This document shows positions 56,507 through 64,000 of a stretch of 64,000 bases of DNA, piece by piece (within the stretch, counting starts at the first letter, position 1; each line of letters starts with the position of its first letter). The translations under genes were made by a program, and so were the position numbers. Under the pieces are notes generated by a model, which saw only the letters and a list, made by a program, of their open reading frames with translations, was not told the DNA's origin and ran no database searches. Source of the DNA: Nitrospirota bacterium (GTDB lineage Bacteria; Nitrospirota; Thermodesulfovibrionia; UBA6902). The stretch is taken from contig JACRLN010000024.1 of the NCBI GenBank assembly GCA_016215115.1, positions 35,337 through 99,336 of the forward strand. The letters run 5' to 3'.

Positions 56507-56857
56507 CTACTTCGACTTTCCTACCTTCCATCCTTCAATAAGAATTAAGGTAAATACAATGGTAAACCCGATTAAAAGTCCAATTACATTTACAATTCTG
56601 TGATATACAAGCATAAATATAGCAACAGATAGCGCCAGCAATCTCGTAATGTTTAAAACTACTATCCTTGCTGTTGCTTTTTCAGGGCCCAGCAGTCCCT
56701 CAACATTCTTCGTAAGAGCCCTCAAATTAACAACCCCGAACAGCCACCCTAAAAAAATGCCGAGCGGCAGCCTCCGGGTTTCAATAAAGAAAGATACTAT
56801 TATTAAAGGGAGAATAATGAAAATGCTTTTTTTGAGTACCCCTTTCAGAATTTCCAT
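56507..56857 (-). CDS. small membrane protein, possibly AtpI-like
   Basis: 116 aa, 3-4 TM helices. Sits between an AtpZ-like gene and dsrA. Assignment is weak. Confidence 0.35.
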   Translation of the reverse strand: MEILKGVLKKSIFIILPLIIVSFFIETRRLPLGIFLGWLFGVVNLRALTKNVEGLLGPEKATARIVVLNITRLLALSVAIFMLVYHRIVNVIGLLIGFTIVFTLILIEGWKVGKSK

Positions 56858-56865
56858 ATGTTAGC

Positions 56866-56957
56866 AGTTTGTCATTCCGGCAGTCCTTAAGCCGGAATCC
56901 AGTTCCTTATGAAATGACTCTGGATTCCCGCTCAAAAGACTGCGGGAATGACAGACA
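56866..56957. repeat. Family B double-hairpin repeat copy (opposite orientation to the 29317 copy)
   Basis: TGTCATTCCGGCAGTCCTTAAGCCGGAATCCAG ... CTGGATTCCCGCTCAAAAGACTGCGGGAATGACA. ORF-track entries 56861-57091 and 56869-57051 are artefacts of this repeat. Confidence 0.8.
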
Positions 56958-57047
56958 AAGAAGTAGATTAATAACCCCGATGCAAAGCATCGAGGAATTC
57001 TGTCGATTAAATAACTTCTTCTTTTCCATAATTTTGATCTTTGATTA

Positions 57048-57305
57048 TTAATCTTTTGAATTTTCCTTATCGTTGCTAATCCTCGATGCAACCTTAAATA
57101 AGTATTTAAACCCGGCCACGATCCCGAGAAGCGTAAATATTACAGTAAGCCATGGAAATGTGTCAAAATATTTATCAAGCAGATAGTATCCGATTGCAAA
57201 TCCAATAAATGTACTTATAACAAGGTTTATCCCGACAGTGCTCGCTATTCCGAGATAGCGGAATAACTCACTCTTTTCTTTTTTGTTCTTCAGAGAGTTT
57301 TTCAT
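57048..57305 (-). CDS. AtpZ-like small membrane protein (ATP-synthase gene-1 family)
   Basis: 85 aa. GxxIGxxLDxxxxTxPWxxxxxxLLGxxAG pattern (IGFAIGYYLLDKYFDTFPWLTVIFTLLGIVAGF). Confidence 0.5.
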   Translation of the reverse strand: MKNSLKNKKEKSELFRYLGIASTVGINLVISTFIGFAIGYYLLDKYFDTFPWLTVIFTLLGIVAGFKYLFKVASRISNDKENSKD

Positions 57306-57419
57306 CAGATTAGAAGTTTAGCAGATAGAAATTTAAAATTGTAAGGGGGCCTGGCATGCCGTGCCCCTACTGGAAACTGGAAATAAAAACTGTTACAATG
57401 AAACCTCTTGCAAAAATCT

Positions 57420-57512
57420 TTATTTGTCATTCCCGAGGTCTTTATCGGGAATCCAGTATTATTTAGAACAAAAGACCCTCGAATGTCGTAATCGGAGGCG
57501 GGTATGACGGCT
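57420..57512. repeat. Family B double-hairpin repeat copy
   Basis: TGTCATTCCCGAGGTCTTTATCGGGAATCCAG ... CCTCGAATGTCGTAATCGGAGGCGGGTATGAC. Confidence 0.75.
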
Positions 57513-57576
57513 AAAGCGATTTTCATGATACTTTTGCAAAAGGCTCAATGTATAAATTAAAATTTTACAGTAATTC

Positions 57577-58368
57577 ATGGAAATAGAAATTCTTAAGGCA
57601 GCAATACTTGGCGTAGTTGAAGGTATTACAGAATTTTTACCCATATCTTCAACAGGCCATCTAATCCTTGCCGGGGATATACTCGGCTTTACCGGTGATA
57701 TCGCAAAAACCTTTGAGGTATTTATTCAGCTTGGCGCAATCCTTGCAGTAGTATGGTTGTATCGTGAAAAGATATCATCTACCATAAAGGGTATAGGCAC
57801 AGAAAAGACAAACCGCTTTATGTTAAATCTCCTGATAGCGTTCCTGCCCGCCGCATTTTTCGGACTTATCACGCATTCATTTATAAAGCATCACTTATTT
57901 AATCCCGTAACTGTTGCTTTTGCACTTATACTTGGCGGCATTGCCATATTTGTGATTGAAAGGGTGATAAAAAAGTCAGTTGTCCTGGATATGGATGATA
58001 TTTCATTTAAACAGGCTTTGGGTGTTGGGCTGGCACAGACCTTGTCGCTTTTCCCTGGTGTTTCAAGGGCCGGCGCTACAATAATGGGCGCTATGTGCTT
58101 TGGATTAGAACGAAAAGTCGCTACAGAATTCTCCTTCTTCCTCGCAATACCCACCATGTTTGCCGCTACATCGTATGACCTCTTAAAAAACCTTAACTAT
58201 TTGACCATAAACGATTTACCCATCTTCGCGGTCGGTTTTCTTGTCTCTTTTTTTTCGGCGTTGATAGTTATAAAAGCATTCCTTGGGTTCGTAACAAAAC
58301 ACACCTTTGACTCCTTTGCAATATACCGCATCATCTTCGGCGCTGTTGTACTTTTTTATTATATGTAA
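57577..58368 (+). CDS. uppP: undecaprenyl-diphosphate phosphatase
   Basis: BacA/UppP motifs (VEGITEFLPISSTGHLIL, PGVSRAG), 263 aa, 7-8 TM helices. Confidence 0.85.
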   Translation: MEIEILKAAILGVVEGITEFLPISSTGHLILAGDILGFTGDIAKTFEVFIQLGAILAVVWLYREKISSTIKGIGTEKTNRFMLNLLIAFLPAAFFGLITHSFIKHHLFNPVTVAFALILGGIAIFVIERVIKKSVVLDMDDISFKQALGVGLAQTLSLFPGVSRAGATIMGAMCFGLERKVATEFSFFLAIPTMFAATSYDLLKNLNYLTINDLPIFAVGFLVSFFSALIVIKAFLGFVTKHTFDSFAIYRIIFGAVVLFYYM

Positions 58369-58371
58369 GGA

Positions 58372-58445
58372 GGATTCCCGACAAGCGGGAATGACAGAAC
58401 CTTTGCTGCCGTCATTCGGCTTGTCCGGAATCTCTCCGTCACTGG
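58372..58445. repeat. Family B repeat, partial copy
   Basis: TTCCCGACAAGCGGGAATGACAGA ... GTCATTCGGCTTGTCCGGAATC. The ORF 58307-58510 is an artefact. Confidence 0.65.
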
Positions 58446-58488
58446 CTTATTATCGTTTTTTACCGGCTTTTGGTATCATATTAGCGAT

Positions 58489-60675
58489 ATGGAGCGGGAA
58501 AGCAGGATAAAGGACGAAATTATAGGCATCCTTGCCATTCTTATCGGTCTCGTTGTCATCATAAGCATTATAAGCCACAACCGCTGGGATCAATCACTTT
58601 TTACCTATAACACTTATGAATTAAAAAATCTTCTGGGCCGTTTCGGGGCCAACCTATCAGAAATCCTTCTGCAGGCTGTCGGTCTTTCCTCCTATATAAT
58701 TCCAATAATCTTTCTGATTTTTGGAATAAAGAAGGTTTTTGGCAAAGCAACAAACCAGAAACCTGTTTTATTTATTGTTACAGTCGTAATCCTGATTATT
58801 TCAACATCCTCGCTCTTTACTCTTTTCCTCGGAGGTGATTCCGGCGGCGCTGCAGGAGTATTAATAACAGAGCTGACCAATAAAACTGTTTCATCAATCG
58901 GTTCTCTGCTGCTTTTTGCAACCTTAACGCTTGTTTCTCTGATGTACATTATTCAATTCTCTGTAGCAGATCTGGTAAGAAAGACAAAAAGCAAAATAAT
59001 TTTTGGCACCCAGGCAATCTCTGCCGTAGCGGCTAAAAAGAAAGAGAAAGAACAGCCACAAATAAAAGAAAATAGCGCCACTTCTGAAATACCGGTTCAG
59101 CCGGAGATCGCAGAGCCGGTAGAAATGCCGGAAATACCAAGTATTCAGGAGCCCCTGCCTCTTGCACCCGAGGCAAGAATGAAACCAAAAGAAAAACCTT
59201 TTATGAAACCCTCGGAAAAGGTCGAAGGAGATTATAAACTCCCCGGCGTTGATCTTTTAAAAGACCCTTCACCGTCAAAGTCCAAACCTACAAAAGAAGA
59301 GCTGTTACAACAGTCTGAATTGTTAGAGAAAAAACTCCAGGACTATTCAATTGAAGGAAAAGTCACTTATGTGTCCCCCGGTCCGGTTGTAACAATGTTT
59401 GAATTCGAACCTGCGCCGGGCATTAAGATCAATAAAATCATGTCTCTTTCAGATGACCTTGCAATGGCGATGAAGGCAACGAGCATCCGCATTTCACCAA
59501 TACACGGCAGGTCCACGCTCGGCATCGAAGTGCCAAATCAGGAACGAGAAGATGTTTGTTTGAAAGAGCTTATTGTCTCTGATATATTCAGGAAAAGCCC
59601 TTCAAAATTGACCATCGCTCTCGGGAAAGACATATTCGGAACGCCTGTCATGGCGGACCTGAGCAAGATGCCTCATCTTCTTATTGCCGGAGCAACCGGC
59701 TCCGGTAAAAGCGTTGGAATGAACAGCATCGTGTTAAGCCTTTTATACAGGGCGACGCCAAAAGAAGTTAAGATGCTTATGATTGACCCCAAGATGCTTG
59801 AGCTCTCCGCTTATGCTGAAATTCCGCATCTTCTCATGCCTGTCATTACCTTGCCAAAAGAAGCTTCAAATGCGCTGAAGATGCTGGTATTTGAGATGGA
59901 GCGGCGTTACAGGCTTCTCGCAGAATCAGGGGCCAGGAACATCGAGACATACAATAAGAAATTTGAAATTTCAAATTTCAAATTTCAAATTAAAGAATCA
60001 GATTTTGAATCTCATTCTGCAACTGAACGTGAACCTCTCCCCTATATCGTTATCTTCATCGACGAACTTGCCGACCTCATGTTTGCGTCAGGACACGAAG
60101 TGGAAGACTCTATTGCGCGTCTGGCGCAGATGGCGCGGGCCGCCGGAATACACCTGATCCTGGCAACGCAAAGACCGTCTGTTGATGTAATCACGGGAAT
60201 AATAAAAGCTAACTTTCCATCAAGGATATCTTTTCAGGTCTCATCGAAACTGGACTCCCGGATAATCCTCGATACATACGGTGCAGATCAATTGTTAGGC
60301 AAAGGCGACATGCTCTTTGTCAGTCCGGGCAAAAAAATCAAAAGAATTCACGGCGCATATGTGAGTGAAGAAGAAATGAAACATGTTGTGGATTTTATTA
60401 AGACACAGGGCGGGCCTGATTATACATTGTTCGAGGATATTACCATTGAATCACGGGAAGGGGAGTTATCTGAGGACAAAGATGAACTCTATCTGCAGGC
60501 AAAAGATATTGTGCTGTCCACCGGTCAGGCGTCGATTTCATATATACAGCGCAGGATGAAAATAGGATACAACAGGGCAGCAAGGATTATGGAAATGCTC
60601 GAAGAAGAAGGCGTTGTCGGCCCTCCGGGTGAAGCTGGGAAACCAAGGGAGATATTATGGAAGAGAAAACAATGA
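58489..60675 (+). CDS. ftsK: DNA translocase FtsK/SpoIIIE
   Basis: Four N-terminal TM helices, a Pro/Glu linker, the motor domain (Walker A AGATGSGKSVGMNS, Walker B IVIFIDELADLM) and a C-terminal winged-helix gamma domain. Contains a heptamer-repeat-derived segment at about 59950-60010. Confidence 0.85.
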   Translation: MERESRIKDEIIGILAILIGLVVIISIISHNRWDQSLFTYNTYELKNLLGRFGANLSEILLQAVGLSSYIIPIIFLIFGIKKVFGKATNQKPVLFIVTVVILIISTSSLFTLFLGGDSGGAAGVLITELTNKTVSSIGSLLLFATLTLVSLMYIIQFSVADLVRKTKSKIIFGTQAISAVAAKKKEKEQPQIKENSATSEIPVQPEIAEPVEMPEIPSIQEPLPLAPEARMKPKEKPFMKPSEKVEGDYKLPGVDLLKDPSPSKSKPTKEELLQQSELLEKKLQDYSIEGKVTYVSPGPVVTMFEFEPAPGIKINKIMSLSDDLAMAMKATSIRISPIHGRSTLGIEVPNQEREDVCLKELIVSDIFRKSPSKLTIALGKDIFGTPVMADLSKMPHLLIAGATGSGKSVGMNSIVLSLLYRATPKEVKMLMIDPKMLELSAYAEIPHLLMPVITLPKEASNALKMLVFEMERRYRLLAESGARNIETYNKKFEISNFKFQIKESDFESHSATEREPLPYIVIFIDELADLMFASGHEVEDSIARLAQMARAAGIHLILATQRPSVDVITGIIKANFPSRISFQVSSKLDSRIILDTYGADQLLGKGDMLFVSPGKKIKRIHGAYVSEEEMKHVVDFIKTQGGPDYTLFEDITIESREGELSEDKDELYLQAKDIVLSTGQASISYIQRRMKIGYNRAARIMEMLEEEGVVGPPGEAGKPREILWKRKQ

Positions 60676-61409
60676 AAAAACAGTCAGCGGTAGGCAGCCA
60701 AAAAAATAAAGCAGAAGGTAAGAAGATAAGAAGATGGGAGGATAAGAAATCTCCACTTCTCAACTTCTTAACTTCTCAACTTCTCATACTCTGTTTACTT
60801 GTCACTTGTCACTTGTCACTTGTCACTATTGTTCATGCTGCCACCGTCGACGAAATTGTCAACGACATCCAGAAGAAGTTAGCTGAGATTCATGACATGA
60901 AAGGCACATTCTCTCAAACAAGCTATCTCAAAGATCTCGAGAAAACAGAAACGTATGCAGGCACATTTTACATAAAAAAACCTTCCGGTATAATGTGGGA
61001 ATATATACCCCCCCGCGATGAAAAAATTATAATTAACGGGACGGAAACGTGGGCTTACAAAAAGTCACAAAAACAGGCAATAAAAACCAGATTCAGCAAA
61101 GAAGCGTATAGCCAGGTCCCTATAGCATTGTTAAACGGTCTCGAAAATCTCGGTGCTGATTTTGACATAACGATCATGGAACAGGACACGCTGCATTTGA
61201 AGCCAAAACATCAGATGGGATTCATTCAGGAGATAATCCTCAAGACAAGCTCCAGGAATTTCCCTGTAAAAATGCTTAAAGTATTGGACGTGTACGGCAA
61301 TAAAATTACCATAGAACTCACAGATATAAAAACTAACAATGGACTTGATGATTCACTTTTTACTTTTACAGCGCCTCCGGGAGTTGAGGTGTTTGATATG
61401 ACCCAGTGA
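60657..61409 (+). CDS. lolA: outer-membrane lipoprotein carrier protein LolA (LolA-like fold)
   Basis: Signal peptide, then an open beta-barrel-type sequence (GTFSQTSYLKDLEKTETYAGTFYIKKPSGIMWEY). The start is uncertain (60657 or 60672). The N-terminal extension and signal h-region are encoded by an (ACTTGTC)x4 array. Confidence 0.65.
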   Translation: MEEKTMKKQSAVGSQKNKAEGKKIRRWEDKKSPLLNFLTSQLLILCLLVTCHLSLVTIVHAATVDEIVNDIQKKLAEIHDMKGTFSQTSYLKDLEKTETYAGTFYIKKPSGIMWEYIPPRDEKIIINGTETWAYKKSQKQAIKTRFSKEAYSQVPIALLNGLENLGADFDITIMEQDTLHLKPKHQMGFIQEIILKTSSRNFPVKMLKVLDVYGNKITIELTDIKTNNGLDDSLFTFTAPPGVEVFDMTQ

Positions 61410-61459
61410 AGAATAGCCCGGAAGTGCTGAAGAGCGGAAGTTCATAAGCAAAAGAGGAA

Positions 61460-62275
61460 ATGAAAAAAAGTAAAACTAAACATCATTACATTTTTATATT
61501 TCTTCTTATTATCGCCGCTATCTTTTTCCTCTATGAAGAATTCGGAAAAGAAAAAAAGCCGAAGGTCACCCCCCGCATAACAAAACCGGATAAAAAGTCC
61601 GAAATGGTTTTGCCCAAACCTTCCAGGCCAAAGGCCGCAATTATAATAGACGATCTGGGTTCAAATAAGAATGCTGCCAAAGAAGTTCTTGACCTGAAAA
61701 TTCCCGTCACACTTTCCATCCTGCCGCAGCAGACTTATAGTGCATGGGTTGCAGAGGAGGGGCACCGGCTTGAACATGATATTATAGCCCACATACCAAT
61801 GGAAGCGGAAAAATCCTACAAGCTTGGTGAAGGGGGTCTGTATATATGGATGACTGACAAAGAAATTGCTGAAACTCTAAATAAGGATATACTCTCAATA
61901 CCCCATGCTCTTGGAGTCAGCAATCATATGGGTTCTGCATTTACTCAGGATGAACGGGCCATGCAGGTCCTGATTTCAGAACTGAAAAAGAAAAAACTCT
62001 TCTTCCTCGACAGCCTCACTTCTCCAAAATCGGTCGGATTTAATCTTGCAAGAATGCAGGGAATAACGGCATTAAATCGTGATATCTTTCTTGATGACAA
62101 GGACGACCCATCTGAAATCGAGGCACAATGGAGGAAGCTGATTAAAATAGCAGATAAAAATGGCTATGCTATCTTGCTGGCCCATCCAAGAAAAAATACA
62201 ATAGAGTTTTTACAAAAGACATTGCAGAACAATAATCAGGTTGCCGTTGTGCCGATCTCGGAATTGGTACGGTAA
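61460..62275 (+). CDS. yibQ: divergent polysaccharide deacetylase (YibQ family)
   Basis: N-terminal TM anchor, then the YibQ-like core (AIIIDDLG ... IPVTLSILP ... GVSNHMGS). Confidence 0.65.
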   Translation: MKKSKTKHHYIFIFLLIIAAIFFLYEEFGKEKKPKVTPRITKPDKKSEMVLPKPSRPKAAIIIDDLGSNKNAAKEVLDLKIPVTLSILPQQTYSAWVAEEGHRLEHDIIAHIPMEAEKSYKLGEGGLYIWMTDKEIAETLNKDILSIPHALGVSNHMGSAFTQDERAMQVLISELKKKKLFFLDSLTSPKSVGFNLARMQGITALNRDIFLDDKDDPSEIEAQWRKLIKIADKNGYAILLAHPRKNTIEFLQKTLQNNNQVAVVPISELVR

Positions 62276-62294
62276 AAGATAACAGTTTCTTGAA

Positions 62295-62445
62295 AAAAAT
62301 CCCCCTGCATCCCCCTTTTTCAAAGGGGGACATTTTTCCCCTCTATTAAGAGGGGTTAGGGGGGTGTTCCCCTCTTTGGCAAAGAGGCTGGGCTCCCGTT
62401 GCAGCGAAGCATCGCAACGGGAAGTGGGGAGATTTTTAAAACTAT
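62295..62445. repeat. Family A MITE-like repeat, copy 4 (largest; extra GC hairpin CCCGTTGCAGCGAAGCATCGCAACGGG)
   Basis: AAAAATCCCCC ... CCCCCTTTTTCAAAGGGGGA ... CCCCTCTATTAAGAGGGG ... CCCCTCTTTGGCAAAGAGG ... GGGGAGATTTTT. Confidence 0.8.
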
Positions 62446-62566
62446 ACCTTTGAAGCAAATTTACATGCATGATATTTTTGGTTGCAATAATTTTTTTTTA
62501 TGGTATAAGATAATCACGTGGTTAAAATGCAGTATAAATAATATTATTTTAAGAAAGGAGGATTTA

Positions 62567-63064
62567 ATGGGAAAAATCAGACTCGTAACAACAATCACTT
62601 GCGCAGCGCTGCTATTGCTAAGCACAGCCATATATGCAGCGGATGACATCCAGAAACAGGTTGACGATATCAGGGGTGCATTGCCCAAATTCGCCGTTCC
62701 GATGCGGGAAGTGGGCGACAGGTTCCAGAACATGTATTTCGCAGCAAAGGAAGGAAACTGGGCTCTGGCGGCATACATGTCCAAATACATGGACAAAGCG
62801 ATGAACCCTGCTAAGGTAACCAAGCCTACTGAATACGAAGCATGGAAGACATTTTATGCTGAAACTTTTGCCCCTGTGAATAAGGCAATACAGGCTCAGG
62901 ACATGAAAGCCTTCGAAAAGGAGCATAACGCTGTGATTCAGCACTGCAATAACTGTCATGCTGGTATGGGTTACGGTTTTATTAAAGTCATCAAGATGCA
63001 GACACCTGCCGATGCGGGGATTGACTACAAAGTAACATCAAAGGCAACCGACGTTCCAAAGTAA
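62567..63064 (+). CDS. periplasmic cytochrome c'-like (class II, four-helix-bundle) haem protein
   Basis: AAGGAGG ribosome-binding site and signal peptide (LLLLSTAIYAADD). A single CxxCH (CNNCH) near the C-terminus, about 165 aa. The ORF-track start at 62399 is unlikely. Confidence 0.55.
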   Translation: MGKIRLVTTITCAALLLLSTAIYAADDIQKQVDDIRGALPKFAVPMREVGDRFQNMYFAAKEGNWALAAYMSKYMDKAMNPAKVTKPTEYEAWKTFYAETFAPVNKAIQAQDMKAFEKEHNAVIQHCNNCHAGMGYGFIKVIKMQTPADAGIDYKVTSKATDVPK

Positions 63065-63272
63065 AAGGTTTAAGAAACTTTAATAAGCCACGGATACCGA
63101 AAGTATCCGTGGCTTATTTTATCCTATTATAATCAGGGACAAAAATCCGGTCTAAAAACTTGTAATTGAAATGGGTGTGTGATAGATTACCAGGCCGGTT
63201 TTACTATATGAGAATTCTTTGAAGATAAATATTATTTAGAATTGAGCAATCAATATTATTTGAGGAGGTTTT

Positions 63273-63428
63273 ATGGAGATTAATTATATGCTGAAAATTC
63301 AGGATGCAAAGGCTGTAGATATACAGAAAGCCTTGCAGGCTGCCAACATTAAAGTCACAAGCATCACTGAGATTTATAAAGAAAAAGGGGAAGAAGCTAC
63401 GCCTGCAGCACCTCAAGCGAATGCATAA
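63273..63428 (+). CDS. possible small protein (51 aa)
   Basis: GAGGAGG ribosome-binding site 6 bp upstream of the ATG. No homolog recognised, and it could be non-coding. Confidence 0.25.
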   Translation: MEINYMLKIQDAKAVDIQKALQAANIKVTSITEIYKEKGEEATPAAPQANA

Positions 63429-63480
63429 TCTCATCATATTGAATATATAATATAAATACCACAGAGACACGGAGTATAAA

Positions 63481-63550
63481 GTTCGGAAGCACGGAAGTTC
63501 AGAAGTTGGGAAGCCTTTTACTTCCGAGCTTCCAGACTTCCGCACTTTTC
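63481..63550. repeat. Family D element (CGGAAGCA CGGAAGTT CAGAAGTT GGGAAGCC TTTT ACTTCCGA GCTTCCAG ACTTCCGC ACTTTTC)
   Basis: Seen directly. An inverted array of GGAAG/CTTCC-containing 8-mers. The ORF 63204-63545 is an artefact. Confidence 0.7.
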
Positions 63551-63577
63551 TCGTCTCAGTGACTCAGTGGTTTTAAC

Positions 63578-64000
63578 ATGGCGCATTTTAATCAAAATAC
63601 GAATATGGAACAAACTAACGTATTATCTCAAAACTGGTACGCGGTACATACAAAATCGCGCCATGAATTTCAGATCCTTGAAAGATTGAAACAAAAAGGG
63701 ATTAACTCTTTTCTTCCAACAGTAGAAAGGCTAAGGAAATGGAAAGACAGGAAAAAAATAATTGCATTTCCTCTTTTTCCTGGTTATATGTTTGTGCACA
63801 TATCCAAAGATTCTCAGAGCCTTCTGAGTGTGCTGAAAGTAAAAGGCGTTGTCAGGCTGTTATGCACTATCCCAGGGAACCCTGACCCCATCCCTGATGA
63901 ACAGATAATATCATTGCAAAAGCTTATAGAAAATAAAGAAGCTCTCGACCATTATCCATATCTGAATGAAGGCCAGAGAGTGAGAATAATCAGAGGCCCT
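63578..64000 (+). CDS. NusG-paralog transcription antiterminator (UpxY/LoaP/RfaH-like), 3' end outside window
   Basis: NGN-domain signature (WYAVHTKSRHEFQ ... GINSFLP ... PLFPGYMFV), then the beginning of a KOW region (GQRVRIIRGP). Confidence 0.65.
   Translation, partial: MAHFNQNTNMEQTNVLSQNWYAVHTKSRHEFQILERLKQKGINSFLPTVERLRKWKDRKKIIAFPLFPGYMFVHISKDSQSLLSVLKVKGVVRLLCTIPGNPDPIPDEQIISLQKLIENKEALDHYPYLNEGQRVRIIRGP

Noticed and set aside
14827-58445. Possibility that the recurring Family B and Family A repeats form a CRISPR array
   Set aside because: Copies are 3-30 kb apart, occur in both orientations, are 80-150 bp and internally hairpin-rich, and have no regular short spacers or adjacent cas genes. 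This is a dispersed MITE/REP-like pattern, not CRISPR.
62399-62566. N-terminal 56-aa extension of the cytochrome c'-like ORF as given in the track (start 62399)
   Set aside because: The extension overlaps the Family A repeat copy 4 and its 3' flank. A strong AAGGAGG ribosome-binding site precedes the internal ATG at 62567, which begins a typical signal peptide.
63204-63545. 113-aa minus-strand ORF at the end of the window
   Set aside because: It overlaps the plus-strand small ORF and the Family D hairpin, and its translation is Cys/Phe/Leu low-complexity. Rejected as an artefact.

Overview
This window looks like chromosomal DNA from a Gram-negative dissimilatory sulfate/sulfite reducer. The gene content (Tol-Pal, LolA, complete dsr locus with dsrD) suggests a Thermodesulfovibrio-like or Nitrospirota/deltaproteobacterial-type organism, but that is inference only.

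Gene content in order:
- 1-7.2 kb: the conserved infB / DUF503 / rbfA / nrnA / truB / DUF167 operon, interrupted by an accessory island of about 3.7 kb. The island carries an RHH-MazF toxin-antitoxin pair, a small membrane protein, a GNAT-fusion protein of unknown function with a divergent XRE regulator, and a small-protein + retropepsin-like aspartic protease pair.
- 7.2-14.7 kb: a GGDEF cyclase, a PolB-like exonuclease, the 4-subunit 2-oxoacid:ferredoxin oxidoreductase porGDAB, tRNA-Asn and a GGDEF-EAL protein.
- 15-19.6 kb: Tol-Pal cluster tolQ-tolR-tolA-tolB-pal-cpoB.
- 19.8-22.8 kb: prfB with its +1 programmed frameshift visible in the sequence, a HAD hydrolase, an N6-adenine methyltransferase and a VanZ-like protein.
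- 23-26.3 kb: fur-feoB, a small ferredoxin and tRNA-Arg.
- 26.5-31.8 kb: an archaeal-type split glutamate synthase in three genes, the third fusing the GXGXG domain to a GltD-like subunit.
- 32-44 kb: a dense signalling cluster of three histidine kinases, five response regulators (one REC-GGDEF-EAL, one REC-HD-GYP, one REC-PAS, two stand-alone), and a PhnD-like binding protein translationally coupled to a kinase.
- 44-45.4 kb: a VOC protein and a cupin.
- 45.5-56.3 kb, minus strand: a complete dissimilatory sulfite reductase locus, dsrA-dsrB-dsrD-dsrN-(small Cys protein)-dsrC-(DsrT-like)-dsrM-K-J-O-P.
- 56.5-64 kb: AtpI/AtpZ-like small membrane proteins, uppP, ftsK, lolA, yibQ, a cytochrome c'-like protein, and a NusG-paralog gene truncated at the window end.

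The most unusual aspect is a very high density of short structured repeats in at least four families:
- A: MITE-like elements of about 80-150 bp with AAAATCCCCC / GGGGGATTTT termini and CCCCTCTTTG-n-CAAAGAGGGG hairpins.
- B: double-hairpin elements of about 85-120 bp, TGTCATTCCCGC...GCGGGAATGACA, seven copies.
- C: 29-31 bp perfect palindromes, GTAGGGGCGACCCGCCGGGTCGCCCCTAC.
- D: imperfect inverted repeats built from degenerate 7-8-mer tandem units (GAAGTNN / NNACTTC).

Several copies lie inside reading frames in frame, like Rickettsia palindromic elements: three in dsrN, one in ftsK, and 7-mer arrays that form the signal-peptide coding regions of tolB and lolA. No CRISPR array, integrase or transposase was seen.
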